Numbered from the stretch's first letter, positions 9,965-17,011 are shown. The stretch is 50,972 nucleotides of DNA from a virus (IMGVR_UViG_3300030372_003123:1-50972); one strand, 5' to 3'. Notes: a model not told the origin generated them from the letters alone. Program-made: numbers and translations.

Positions 9965-9992
9965 ATAATTACATGGTGATTCATATATTTAC
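9965..9992 (-). promoter_or_regulatory. putative late (phage sigma) promoter
   Basis: GTAAA-N14-TGTAATTAT, with the same boxes and spacing as 19436-19463. Confidence 0.65.
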
Positions 9993-10020
9993 TCCCCGTA
10001 TTATAAATGTTGGAGTATAG

Positions 10021-10175
10021 CCCTGCCCCTACTCTATAGACTACCTCCCCCCTCCCCAAAGTGCATTCCCTTTACCGGGTCCCCCTTTTCCCCCGTATTT
10101 GCCCCTAACCATTCAGATTTCCATTTAATTCCCTTTCCCATTCCCTTTCCTCATTCCCCTCTCTCCCTCTCCCCG
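10021..10175. other. C-rich/G-rich tract at the divergence of the transcription arms (candidate genome end, pac site or origin)
   Basis: Many C3-C6 runs and TTCCC repeats in an otherwise AT-rich genome. Non-coding. Confidence 0.45.
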
Positions 10176-10200
10176 TATATATTTATATTTATATCTACTC

Positions 10201-10238
10201 ACAGTATAGATACGAATGTACTTAGATAATATATATAT
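10201..10238 (+). promoter_or_regulatory. early promoter-like motif, copy 1
   Basis: ACA-N7-TACGA-N8-AGATAATA-N4-TAT. Confidence 0.7.
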
Positions 10239-10323
10239 AATAACTAATACTAATAATGATATGTTAATAATAATGTTTACACTAATGACAATAAGAAGTA
10301 TCGTACATGTAGTCGATGTATAT

Positions 10324-10361
10324 ACAAACTAAGTACGAAGTATAATAGATAATAATAGTAT
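10324..10361 (+). promoter_or_regulatory. early promoter-like motif, copy 2
   Basis: Same consensus and spacing, upstream of 10382. Confidence 0.75.
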
Positions 10362-10381
10362 AATAAATAAAATATAATAAT

Positions 10382-10603
10382 ATGAAGTCAAATAGGTTTG
10401 TAATAAGAAAATCCTTAATCGGTAAAGATGTAGTAATAACGTTTAATAATAAGAAAGGTGAAGTAGTATCGTATTCACACGATGAAGTGTATAACACTCA
10501 CAAAGAAAGATTCGATGCGATGAACTGTTTCGCTAAGTATAAAAGCTATACTAATACTAATTGTATGCCCGCTTTCTGTAGAGATATGAAGATTACTAAG
10601 TAA
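10382..10603 (+). CDS. early hypothetical protein, paralog of 11058..11288
   Basis: KSNRFVIRKSLIG...YSHDEV...MNCFAKYKSYT. Confidence 0.8.
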   Translation: MKSNRFVIRKSLIGKDVVITFNNKKGEVVSYSHDEVYNTHKERFDAMNCFAKYKSYTNTNCMPAFCRDMKITK

Positions 10604-10619
10604 TATCTCTACTAAATAC

Positions 10620-10666
10620 TGTGACAATTGCCTGTTACTCTAAGTAGTTATAACGCTAATGTCATA
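10620..10666. promoter_or_regulatory. gapped inverted repeat (operator- or origin-like), copy 1
   Basis: TGACAATTGC-N23-GCTAATGTCA. A second copy lies at 17570-17613. Confidence 0.55.
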
Positions 10667-10754
10667 CTAATAATAATAACTTTTACTGTGTAGTAAGAGA
10701 GTGGGCGGAGTATGTGTTAACTAAAAATAACTAATAAACAAATAATATACTTTT

Positions 10755-10792
10755 ACAAATTGAATACGGAGCAGAACAGATAATAATAATAT
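10755..10792 (+). promoter_or_regulatory. early promoter-like motif, copy 3
   Basis: ACA-N7-TACGG-N8-AGATAATA-N4-TAT. Confidence 0.75.
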
Positions 10793-10804
10793 AAAATAAT
10801 AATA

Positions 10805-10990
10805 ATGAATTATAAAGAAATAAAAATAATGGGAATACTCGGTTTGAAGTGTTACAATAGTATACAAGAAAAATACTTTGATATGAAATACTTAAGTACT
10901 TTAAGTAGCAGTGAAGTATCAGATATACTAGAAAAATTAAGAATGAGAGACGACGTAGTTCCTAATTGTGATGAGTGTACTGTAATATAA
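10805..10990 (+). CDS. early hypothetical protein
   Basis: 61 aa, directly after a promoter motif. Confidence 0.65.
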   Translation: MNYKEIKIMGILGLKCYNSIQEKYFDMKYLSTLSSSEVSDILEKLRMRDDVVPNCDECTVI

Positions 10991-10992
10991 TT

Positions 10993-11030
10993 ACAAACTT
11001 ATTACGATAAAGTAAAGATAATAATAATAT
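10993..11030 (+). promoter_or_regulatory. early promoter-like motif, copy 4
   Basis: Same consensus and spacing. Confidence 0.75.
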
Positions 11031-11057
11031 AAAGTTTAACAAATAAAACAAATAGTT

Positions 11058-11288
11058 ATGGAAAACGTAATTAAGTCAAAAAGATTTGTAGTGAGGCAGT
11101 CACTAGTAGGTCAGAACAAGACTATAAATGTAGAGTTCAAAAATGGTAAAACTGCCACTTATAATCACGACAAAGTATTCGCTATCATGAAAGATAGTTT
11201 AGAAAACATGGCGTGTTGGGCGAAGTATAAATCATACACTGCAAGTAATAACTTACCAATGTCAGTGAGAGATAAAGACATTGCCTAG
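11058..11288 (+). CDS. early hypothetical protein, paralog of 10382..10603
   Basis: KSKRFVVRQSLVG...YNHDKV...MACWAKYKSYT. Confidence 0.8.
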   Translation: MENVIKSKRFVVRQSLVGQNKTINVEFKNGKTATYNHDKVFAIMKDSLENMACWAKYKSYTASNNLPMSVRDKDIA

Positions 11289-11419
11289 TGAAGCGTAAGT
11301 TCACTCACGAGGAAATCGTAGTAACGTCAGTACTCGTGGTAGGCTTCACTTACATATCGTATTGTTTTTGTGCGCTAGTTTACTACGCGATCACTCAAGG
11401 TATACATATGAACATATAG
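11288..11419 (+). CDS. small membrane protein (43 aa)
   Basis: GTG start overlapping the previous stop. Manual translation MKRKFTHEEIVVTSVLVVGFTYISYCFCALVYYAITQGIHMNI. Confidence 0.45.
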   Translation: MKRKFTHEEIVVTSVLVVGFTYISYCFCALVYYAITQGIHMNI

Positions 11420-11467
11420 TTGTAGTTCCACTTGTTTAGCAACTAAAAATAATACGAACAAGTAAAA

Positions 11468-11558
11468 GGTAATGAACAAATCTTGGACACCTTCGCTAAT
11501 ATGCGAATGAATGTATGTCGAGTGGGAGTATCAGTGAGTTCGAGTCTCACCATTACCA
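11468..11558 (+). ncRNA. tRNA-like RNA 1 (acceptor stem plus T-arm, atypical interior)
   Basis: GGTAATG/CATTACC stem followed by A. T-arm GTGAG-TTCGAGT-CTCAC. Internal TTCGC/GCGAA hairpin with a 6-nt loop. Confidence 0.65.
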
Positions 11559-11574
11559 CTTAAAATTTAATAAT

Positions 11575-11853
11575 ATGATAGATAACTGTATGAGAAATAC
11601 TTTCGGTGTAATTACTCACAGAATTAGTATTGACGAAGTTTTAGAAATGTATAAAGAAAAAGATGCTATGTTTTATGGTGATCCATTAAATATTAGTATC
11701 GAAGAGCTTGAAGATATTCTAAATTACTTTGAAAATACTGAAGAATATGAGTATTGCTCTGAACTAAAAGAGTTAATAACCGCTAAGAATTTTGCTGATT
11801 TAGATATATTTTTAGATAAATTAGCAGAAGAAAATGGCATAACAATGCAATAA
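11575..11853 (+). CDS. hypothetical protein with UVR-like EEYEYC motif
   Basis: Likely ATG at 11575, just after the tRNA-like RNA. Confidence 0.65.
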   Translation: MIDNCMRNTFGVITHRISIDEVLEMYKEKDAMFYGDPLNISIEELEDILNYFENTEEYEYCSELKELITAKNFADLDIFLDKLAEENGITMQ

Positions 11854-11854
11854 T

Positions 11855-11974
11855 ATGAGAAATTTAATATTTTTATTGCTATTTTGCGTAATCACTTCGT
11901 GTTCTACGCAAGATTTAGCAATTAATTATGAAAATCCATCACTTGAATGTGAAAATTGTGATGAGATTGACTAA
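11855..11974 (+). CDS. small lipoprotein (39 aa)
   Basis: Manual translation MRNLIFLLLFCVITSCSTQDLAINYENPSLECENCDEID, with lipobox ITSC. Confidence 0.6.
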   Translation: MRNLIFLLLFCVITSCSTQDLAINYENPSLECENCDEID

Positions 11975-11976
11975 AT

Positions 11977-12014
11977 ACAAACTAAATACGAACACTAAAA
12001 GATAATAATAATAT
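11977..12014 (+). promoter_or_regulatory. early promoter-like motif, copy 5
   Basis: Same consensus. ATG 12013 overlaps its 3' end. Confidence 0.75.
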
Positions 12015-12153
12015 GAGATATGAATGTAAATATTGCAAAACTAACTACACTAGTCTAATTCTTAAGCAAATGAATGGCGAAATAACTAGACAAGATGTAC
12101 TAAATTATAAGTGTTGCGATAAAAAAAGTAAAAATGAAGAGAATAACAATTAA
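12013..12153 (+). CDS. small Cys-containing protein (46 aa)
   Basis: Manual translation MRYECKYCK...YKCCDKK. Confidence 0.5.
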   Translation: MRYECKYCKTNYTSLILKQMNGEITRQDVLNYKCCDKKSKNEENNN

Positions 12154-12274
12154 AATAGAGTCAAAAGAGTATCGAAAAGGTAATCCTTTTTGGCAATTTT
12201 CTCGTTTTAAGCGTGTTCATAAGAGTAAAAAGACGTATAATCGTAAGAAAAAACATAAGAAATATGGAGAATAA
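12134..12274 (+). CDS. small basic ArfA-like protein (46 aa)
   Basis: Manual translation MKRITIKIESKEYRKGNPFWQFSRFKRVHKSKKTYNRKKKHKKYGE. Confidence 0.5.
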   Translation: MKRITIKIESKEYRKGNPFWQFSRFKRVHKSKKTYNRKKKHKKYGE

Positions 12275-12530
12275 TAATAAAATGAAGTATATAACTGTAC
12301 TAGATTTTGATAAAGGTGTTGTTTTTAGATATGAAACTATAAATGTTGTTGATTACCACAAAGGTGGATATAACTCTAAAAACTATGATAATGCATTTGT
12401 TTGGAATCCAGATAGAGAATCTATTGTAGATTATCTAACTAGAATGCAACATAATGTAAATAATTGCCAATATATGGCACATGAGCATAGTGAAATAGCA
12501 TCGTTTGTTAGAAAAGTATGGTGGGATTAA
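12264..12530 (+). CDS. hypothetical protein
   Basis: ATG at 12264 (or 12282), YITVLDF motif. Confidence 0.65.
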   Translation: MENNNKMKYITVLDFDKGVVFRYETINVVDYHKGGYNSKNYDNAFVWNPDRESIVDYLTRMQHNVNNCQYMAHEHSEIASFVRKVWWD

Positions 12531-12540
12531 ATTAAATAAT

Positions 12541-13116
12541 ATGAATAAAGTAAAAAATGCAAATCAAGCAATTGAAGTTTTTCAGTTACTTGGTATAAAA
12601 GATGTCACTAAAGATTGGCAAAGAAGTAAAGGTACTAAAGTATTTGAGCTACCATTTAAAACTATGTACGCTAATGGTCACAAAGAAATAAATAGATTTT
12701 CTATTTACAAAAGTGGCTATGTACGTAAAATGCTAGTTAATAGTAAAGGTGTTAGTTGGTGTTGTTATCAACTAAACAAAGTACGCAAAAAAGAGTATTT
12801 TGTTAAAGATTATGAGTTTATAGGCGACACTTACGAAACTAAGTGGACAGGTAAATATCGTAAACAGCATAGTAATGAGCGAATAATGATACCTAACTAT
12901 GAAGATAGATTAGTATATTTATGTAATTATATACTTAAAAACTATTACAGAAAACAATCAGGTGCTAGTTTTTATAGAATATATGATTATCAAGTAGATA
13001 TAATTAAGCAACTTGCTAAAGAAGATAAAGCAAGATATGATGAGCAATTACCTTTTTATGAGAAAAAAGATAATGTTCAAGTAATAATTAACGGTCAACG
13101 TTATAATTTAAGTTAA
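12541..13116 (+). CDS. hypothetical protein
   Basis: Long ORF with ATG at 12541. Confidence 0.7.
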   Translation: MNKVKNANQAIEVFQLLGIKDVTKDWQRSKGTKVFELPFKTMYANGHKEINRFSIYKSGYVRKMLVNSKGVSWCCYQLNKVRKKEYFVKDYEFIGDTYETKWTGKYRKQHSNERIMIPNYEDRLVYLCNYILKNYYRKQSGASFYRIYDYQVDIIKQLAKEDKARYDEQLPFYEKKDNVQVIINGQRYNLS

Positions 13117-13201
13117 AAATATGGAAGAATTAACAAAACCAAGTGGATTATTTTTAGTAACTAATCCTAATGGCACACCTAATGGACAAAAATAAATAAA
13201 T

Positions 13202-13399
13202 ATGAGTAAAAAACAAATTTTAAGCCAAAAAGATTGGGTAAAACAATTAGAATGGCGACTACTAAATGTAGTATGGAAAGATAAGTATGGTATTTGCCAT
13301 GCTTTATGGAACAAAAGTGTAGGACAAGATTATGCTAAAACAGCTAATGAATACTACGATTATATTAAAAGAAATAAAAGAGAATTATTAGAGATATGA
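13202..13399 (+). CDS. hypothetical protein
   Basis: 65 aa, coupled to the next ORF. Confidence 0.6.
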   Translation: MSKKQILSQKDWVKQLEWRLLNVVWKDKYGICHALWNKSVGQDYAKTANEYYDYIKRNKRELLEI

Positions 13400-13620
13400 T
13401 ACAAAAATTAAAAGATTTAGAACAACAACTAATGGACGAGTTAGAGCCAGAGGTTTATGAAAAAGTAAAATATATAGTAGAAAAGTATGATCTAACTGGC
13501 CACGAGCGTAATATTTACAAATGTGGCTATTTAGATGGCTTACAAGCTGCTATAGTGGTGGCTAGTGACAACACTGCTGACAGCTATACTTTAAATTTAG
13601 ATGATATATTTAATGAGTAA
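13396..13620 (+). CDS. hypothetical protein
   Basis: 74 aa, ATGA overlap with the previous gene. Confidence 0.6.
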   Translation: MIQKLKDLEQQLMDELEPEVYEKVKYIVEKYDLTGHERNIYKCGYLDGLQAAIVVASDNTADSYTLNLDDIFNE

Positions 13621-13622
13621 TC

Positions 13623-13660
13623 ACAAAATAAATACGATTACTTGTAGATAATATATGTAT
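13623..13660 (+). promoter_or_regulatory. early promoter-like motif, copy 6
   Basis: Same consensus, with ATG at 13661. Confidence 0.75.
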
Positions 13661-13876
13661 ATGAATAAATGTTTAAAATGTAATAGTATCATACCACAAG
13701 GTCGAGTTGATCTTGGCTACAAAGTATGTGTAAATTGTTCCACTACTGTGCGCTACGGTTGTATACCAATCAGTAACCACAAAACAGGTAACGAAATACA
13801 AATTATGTCTAGCGAAGATGCTGCGTATATACTCAAAAAAACTCGCAGACGTGGCTATGGTACTATGTTAAAATAA
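13661..13876 (+). CDS. DksA/TraR-type C4 zinc finger protein
   Basis: CLKC...IPQGR...VCVNC pattern. Confidence 0.6.
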   Translation: MNKCLKCNSIIPQGRVDLGYKVCVNCSTTVRYGCIPISNHKTGNEIQIMSSEDAAYILKKTRRRGYGTMLK

Positions 13877-13883
13877 TAAGATT

Positions 13884-14054
13884 ATGGGAAATATAACACA
13901 AGAAGATTTTCAAGCTTACGAAGACGTAAGAGAATCAGGAGTAACTAATATGTTTAACACTGCTGTAGTATCAGACTACTCAGGTTTAAGTAGAGATAAA
14001 ATAATAAGTATAATGTCTCATTACTCTGATTTAAAACTAAAATACGGAAACTAA
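13884..14054 (+). CDS. small phage protein (RESGVTNMF motif, DUF5049-like)
   Basis: Manual translation MGNITQEDFQAYEDVRESGVTNMFN...KYGN. Confidence 0.6.
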   Translation: MGNITQEDFQAYEDVRESGVTNMFNTAVVSDYSGLSRDKIISIMSHYSDLKLKYGN

Positions 14055-14060
14055 ATATAA

Positions 14061-14350
14061 GGAAGTAGTGATAAAAGTCTGTGCACGGGCACTGCTTCCG
14101 CGAGTCTCCAACGATAATAGCCTTCACGTGGCTGGAGATGTAAGTATATTATTTTGCGCAAAAGATAAACGGTCGGACGGAATCCATTGCGGTAATAGAA
14201 ACTAATAATTATCAAATGCGGGCGAAGGATGAGTAACAAAGGTTTTAACCTCGGTATCTAACCTTCTTGCCGCTGTGTGCAAGCGTGCCTTGAAAAATAG
14301 GAGAATCACACAAACCGAGTAGTGCAACAGTACTTTAGTACTAGCTACTC
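14061..14350 (+). ncRNA. structured non-coding region with multiple helices
   Basis: GC-elevated and without a credible CDS. Helices GGAAGTAGTG/CACTGCTTCC, TCTCCA/TGGAGA, GAAGG/CCTTC, TGTGTG/CACACA and CTCGGT/ACCGAG. Confidence 0.5.
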
Positions 14351-14353
14351 AAT

Positions 14354-14494
14354 AGTATGAACGGGAATAATGCGCTGATACAATTTAAAATATCATCATT
14401 GACAGTAATTGCTTGCACTAGTAAACGTTTTCACGAGCTAGTGGGTGATGAAGGTTGCTTGACGAAGTAGTGGGTTCGAGTCCCACTCATACTA
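14354..14494 (+). ncRNA. tRNA-like RNA 2 (141 nt, acceptor stem plus T-arm, expanded interior)
   Basis: AGTATGA/TCATACT stem followed by A. T-arm GTGGG-TTCGAGT-CCCAC. Confidence 0.65.
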
Positions 14495-14513
14495 CTAACT
14501 AATAATAAATAAT

Positions 14514-14711
14514 ATGTTTGGACACAATTCACAAGCTGCTATAGATGAAATTAGTAGCGAATCAGAGTTATGGAAAGATGGATGTAGCGACGCTTACGAT
14601 CTAATTCAACAGTTACAATACCTAGCAAAAGAAAATGGTATTGAAATACCTAATGATTTAGATTTAAAGTGTGATAAATTCTTTGATCTATACAATGATA
14701 ATTGTATGTAA
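14514..14711 (+). CDS. acidic hypothetical protein
   Basis: 65-aa ORF with an A-rich leader. Confidence 0.6.
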   Translation: MFGHNSQAAIDEISSESELWKDGCSDAYDLIQQLQYLAKENGIEIPNDLDLKCDKFFDLYNDNCM

Positions 14712-14714
14712 AAT

Positions 14715-14813
14715 ACGAGGTGAGGGTGGTTTAACGGCAGGATAAAGCAGAAGTATATTCCCTTCGCAATAGCCATAGGTGAATATACAAGAACCACGCC
14801 TGCCCAACCTCGT
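14715..14813 (+). ncRNA. compact, possibly pseudoknotted RNA
   Basis: ACGAGGT/ACCTCGT, GTGGTT/AACCAC, GGCAGG/CCTGCC and GTATATTC/GAATATAC. Confidence 0.55.
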
Positions 14814-14918
14814 TCTTTATATAAGATAAGCAATAATCAGGTCGCTGGACATCTAGTAATCAATCTAGATTTTAATAAGACAGAGTATCCCAGTTGTAAA
14901 TGTACCTGTGAGCTTATC

Positions 14919-14956
14919 ACAAACTAAATACGAATAAAGTAAGATAATAATAATAT
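14919..14956 (+). promoter_or_regulatory. early promoter-like motif, copy 7
   Basis: Same consensus. ATG 14955 overlaps its 3' end. Confidence 0.75.
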
Positions 14957-15218
14957 GAAAAATATATATGATAGGCTAAAGCCAAAAATACGTAAAAGTA
15001 TACAAGATGATTTAAAAAAATATCCTACTTCAACTACATTATTAATAAAAAAGCTGAAAAAAAATTCATTTTGGCAAGACTTAAATGTTAGTGATGTACA
15101 AAAAGTTGTGCTATGGTCACATTATTCTTTAATAGAAATTAGTCACACTGATTTATTATATGGTGACAGATTTTTAGTAAATGAAGATGATGATTATATA
15201 GTATCAATAACAGGATAA
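14955..15218 (+). CDS. hypothetical protein
   Basis: 87 aa, after a promoter motif. Confidence 0.7.
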   Translation: MKNIYDRLKPKIRKSIQDDLKKYPTSTTLLIKKLKKNSFWQDLNVSDVQKVVLWSHYSLIEISHTDLLYGDRFLVNEDDDYIVSITG

Positions 15219-15334
15219 TATGGAAGAGTGGTTATTCACAGGTGATCAGCTTAGTATAGAAGCTGTCATTTTTATATTTAAACTATGTATAATAAAAGCA
15301 GTTATTGAAGTAGCTGACGATTAAAAAATAAAAT

Positions 15335-15751
15335 ATGGGAACAAGAGCGACAATAAAAATAGCTAAACGTGAAGAAGGAGTATCGTTTAGCGAAAAACCA
15401 GAGAAATACATGGTAAGTATTTATCATCATTTTGATGGTTATCCTGAGTATTTGGGTGTGACATTAGCTAATTATCTTGAAGATAAAAAAATAGTTAATG
15501 GATTAGGTGGCGATAGAGATGCGCCGGTTTTTAATGGATTAGGCTGCATGGCAGCGTCTATTATAGCAGAGCTGAAAGAAGAAGCTGGAAATGTATATAT
15601 AGAAGATCCAGAATGCCCAAGTGGTTGGATAGATTACGAGTATTATATATGGGGTGACTACAATAAAGATATATGGATTAGCATTTTTGATGGTAATGAA
15701 TGTATTTTTGTAGGAAAACCAAAACAATTACAAAATAAATACGGAGACTAA
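15335..15751 (+). CDS. conserved phage protein (MGTR...YHHFDGYP family)
   Basis: Recurrent phage motif MxTR, Y.H.DGYP, DYEY. Confidence 0.7.
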   Translation: MGTRATIKIAKREEGVSFSEKPEKYMVSIYHHFDGYPEYLGVTLANYLEDKKIVNGLGGDRDAPVFNGLGCMAASIIAELKEEAGNVYIEDPECPSGWIDYEYYIWGDYNKDIWISIFDGNECIFVGKPKQLQNKYGD

Positions 15752-15760
15752 TGGATAATA
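15730..15760 (+). promoter_or_regulatory. early promoter-like motif, copy 8 (embedded in a coding junction)
   Basis: ACA-N7-TACGG-N8-GGATAATA. Confidence 0.45.
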
Positions 15761-16038
15761 TACGTGAGGAAAATTTAAAAAAATTAGCTAGGTTTATTGC
15801 TGAAGAGTTAGTAAACCTAGCAAAAGAAACAAGTGGTGATGATTGGTCTACCACTAACATAAAAGACCATCAAATAGGTGAGTTAGCACGCTGTGTCACC
15901 CTTCAAAATCTATACTTAGATCGCGAAGAATACGAAAAATGTGCATTAATGAAAATAAGAATTATGGATTTAAGTGATAAGCTTGGCTTACCAATTGACT
16001 CCAGTTTAACAAATTTTGAAGATGAAGATGAAATATAA
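15751..16038 (+). CDS. hypothetical protein with UVR-like EEYEKCA motif
   Basis: 95-aa ORF. Confidence 0.65.
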   Translation: MDNIREENLKKLARFIAEELVNLAKETSGDDWSTTNIKDHQIGELARCVTLQNLYLDREEYEKCALMKIRIMDLSDKLGLPIDSSLTNFEDEDEI

Positions 16039-16906
16039 ACCAATGTTAGCTTACCCAGTAAGTGACAAACCAATAGACTACAAAAGCGTAGTGTATATGC
16101 AACCAAAGCTTGACGGCGTGCGTTGCTTAATACAAGCACGTGTAAAAAAGCACATATTACATCCTGCTCTTAACGAGCTTGAGGTAAAAGCATATTCACG
16201 TAATGCTAAAGAGTGGAAAAATATCGACCATATACTGGAAGAGCTAGTTCCTTTCTTTAGAGATTTTCCAAATGTTGTACTCGACGGTGAGTTATATAAT
16301 CATAATTTTAATGACGATTTTGAGTCTATAATATCTATGGTTAGAAAAACAAAACCGACTGACGAGGCACGTTTAGAATCAGCCAAACATGTACAATTTC
16401 ATTGTTATGATGTTATTGGCCTAAGTAATATGAACTACGATTATCGTAGAAGCTTTCTTGTAAAAAACCTACTAAACAGTGATTGCATTAAGCATGTATT
16501 TACACAGTTAGTTAGTAGTGAGAAAGAAGCTAAAAAAGTTCATAAAGAAAATTTAGCTAAAGGTTACGAAGGTTCTATTGTTAGAATTAATGAAATGTAC
16601 AAATGTGGTCGATCGTGGTCACTGCGTAAGTTCAAAGATTTTCACGATGCTGAAGCTAATATAGTTGGTTATGAGGAAGGTAAAGGCAAGAGAGCCGGCA
16701 CGTTAGGTAAGTTTTTAATGCAAGATGATGAAGGCATCCAGTTCGGTTGCCCACCCGGTAAAGGTCATAACTATAAAGATCTTGCGTTAATGCTAGAAAA
16801 TATACATCAGTATATGGGCCAACGTGCCACCTTCACTTTTTTCGAAAGAACTAAAGCTAATAGTTATAGACATCCATTATTTAAATGTATAAGAAATTAT
16901 GAATAA
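16028..16906 (+). CDS. ATP-dependent DNA ligase
   Basis: PMLA, KLDGVR, LDGELY, FHCYD, EGSIVR and KFK motifs. Confidence 0.92.
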   Translation: MKYKPMLAYPVSDKPIDYKSVVYMQPKLDGVRCLIQARVKKHILHPALNELEVKAYSRNAKEWKNIDHILEELVPFFRDFPNVVLDGELYNHNFNDDFESIISMVRKTKPTDEARLESAKHVQFHCYDVIGLSNMNYDYRRSFLVKNLLNSDCIKHVFTQLVSSEKEAKKVHKENLAKGYEGSIVRINEMYKCGRSWSLRKFKDFHDAEANIVGYEEGKGKRAGTLGKFLMQDDEGIQFGCPPGKGHNYKDLALMLENIHQYMGQRATFTFFERTKANSYRHPLFKCIRNYE

Positions 16907-17011
16907 AGATAAACCAGATTGTGACCACTGTGGAGTAGAATTAACCATAGGTGATCACCCTAGCTGTTGTAGTGACTGCTGGGAAGAAAATGCAAAATAT
17001 TACGAATAAAT

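Noticed and set aside
9928-10059. N-terminal extension of ORF 9193..10059
   Set aside because: It spans a late promoter motif and the G-rich tract. The ATG at 9927 with an A-rich leader is more plausible.
11288-11351. Hairpin GTGAAGC/GCTTCAC with CACGAG/CTCGTG as an independent ncRNA
   Set aside because: It lies within a plausible small membrane-protein CDS and cannot be separated from mRNA structure without covariation data.
11468-14494. Canonical tRNA or tmRNA calls for the two T-arm elements
   Set aside because: There is no proper D-arm or 7-nt anticodon loop, no G3:U70 pair, and both are too short for tmRNA. They are kept as tRNA-like ncRNAs.
14051-14833. Minus-strand ORFs 14051..14239 and 14606..14833
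   Set aside because: They run against the local transcription direction, have atypical composition and overlap structured RNA candidates.
10201-15760. Repeated motif as a CRISPR array
   Set aside because: Copies are degenerate, irregularly spaced and separated by genes. There are no cas genes.
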